Shown here in pieces: positions 63,275 through 64,000 of a DNA stretch of 64,000 nucleotides (positions within the stretch are counted from its first letter, which is position 1; every line of letters begins with the position of its first letter). The translations under genes were made by a program, and so were the position numbers. This stretch comes from Octopus vulgaris (taxonomy: Eukaryota): contig OX597834.1 in the NCBI GenBank assembly GCA_951406725.2, positions 22,630,001-22,694,000 on the forward strand. The letters run 5' to 3'. The notes beneath the pieces were generated by a model that ran no database searches, was not told the origin of the DNA, and saw only the letters and a program-made list of their open reading frames with translations.

Positions 63275-63672
63275 CCTTTTTACTCTCTTTTACTTGTTTC
63301 AGTCATTTGACTGTGGTCATGCTGGAGCACCACCTTTAGTCGAGCAAATCGACCCCAGGACTTATTCTTTGTAAGCCTAGTACTTATTCTATCAGTCTCT
63401 TAGGCCGAACCGCTAAATTACGGGGACGTAAACACACCAGCATCAGTTGTCAAGTGATGTTGGGGGGGACAAACACAGATACACAAACATATACACACAC
63501 ACATACATATATACGACGGGCTTCTTTCAGTTTCCGTCTACCAAATCCACTCACAAGGCTTTGGTTGGCCCGAGGCTATAGTAGAAGACACTTGCCCAAG
63601 GTGTCACGCAGTGGGACTAAACCCAGGACCATGTGGTTGGTAAGCAAGCTACTTACCACACATCCGCGCCTA
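63275..63672 (-). mobile_element. SINE family B inserted into a family C copy (about 63180-63830)
   Basis: Family C sequence resumes on both sides; CCAGTT repeated at the junctions. Confidence 0.8.
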
Positions 63673-64000
63673 CGCCAGTTGTCTGCTTTGGCATAGTTTC
63701 TATGGCTGGATGCCCTTCCTAATGCCAACCCCTTTACAGAGTGGACTGGGTGCTCTTTACATGGCACGAGCACAGGCGCATTTATATGTGACACCAGCAC
63801 AGGTGCTTTTTACGTGGAACCAACATAAGTGCTTTTTACCTGTAAATGTAGAACACATAAACACCATGACAAAGAAGTTTTCTTTCTCACGTCCCATAAT
63901 CAGTTCCCGGATATTACCGTTTTGAGTCCTACAACTCATCAAGGCAGTTGCCTAGTTTTCATGATGTACAAGTGACTAAAATCACAACATTTCCCAGAAC

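Overview
AT-rich, repeat-saturated eukaryotic genomic DNA. The SINE families and microsatellite load point to a coleoid cephalopod, most likely Octopus; this is inferred from repeat content. Three protein-coding genes are supported. (1) The first coding exon of IST1 (- strand; the rest lies off the left edge). (2) A complete 5-coding-exon Ufm1-specific protease 1 (UFSP1, + strand, 208 aa, GWGC/DPH catalytic motifs intact), head-to-head with IST1. (3) A DIPK1/FAM69 secretory-pathway kinase-like gene (- strand; four coding exons found, 5' end not located). Almost all other ORFs in the track are microsatellite or repeat noise. The rest of the window is tRNA-derived SINEs (three families) plus a (GAT)n-tailed SINE-like family, LINE fragments (RTE, CR1, Tx1, R4/Dong), Tc1/mariner, hAT and piggyBac remnants and MITEs, Helitrons, Penelope-like pieces and minisatellites. 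Best leads: two hammerhead-ribozyme-like motifs with related stem II sequences (one type I, one type-II-like on the DIPK1 pre-mRNA strand); a DIPK1 catalytic Asp-to-Asn change on an A-to-I-editable AAT codon; a templated copy of a UFSP1 exon end and donor that creates a candidate poison exon; and a (TAA)n hotspot shared by Dong-like LINEs and a SINE family in opposite orientations. Gene structures were read by eye from splice signals and remembered homology; no database search was run.
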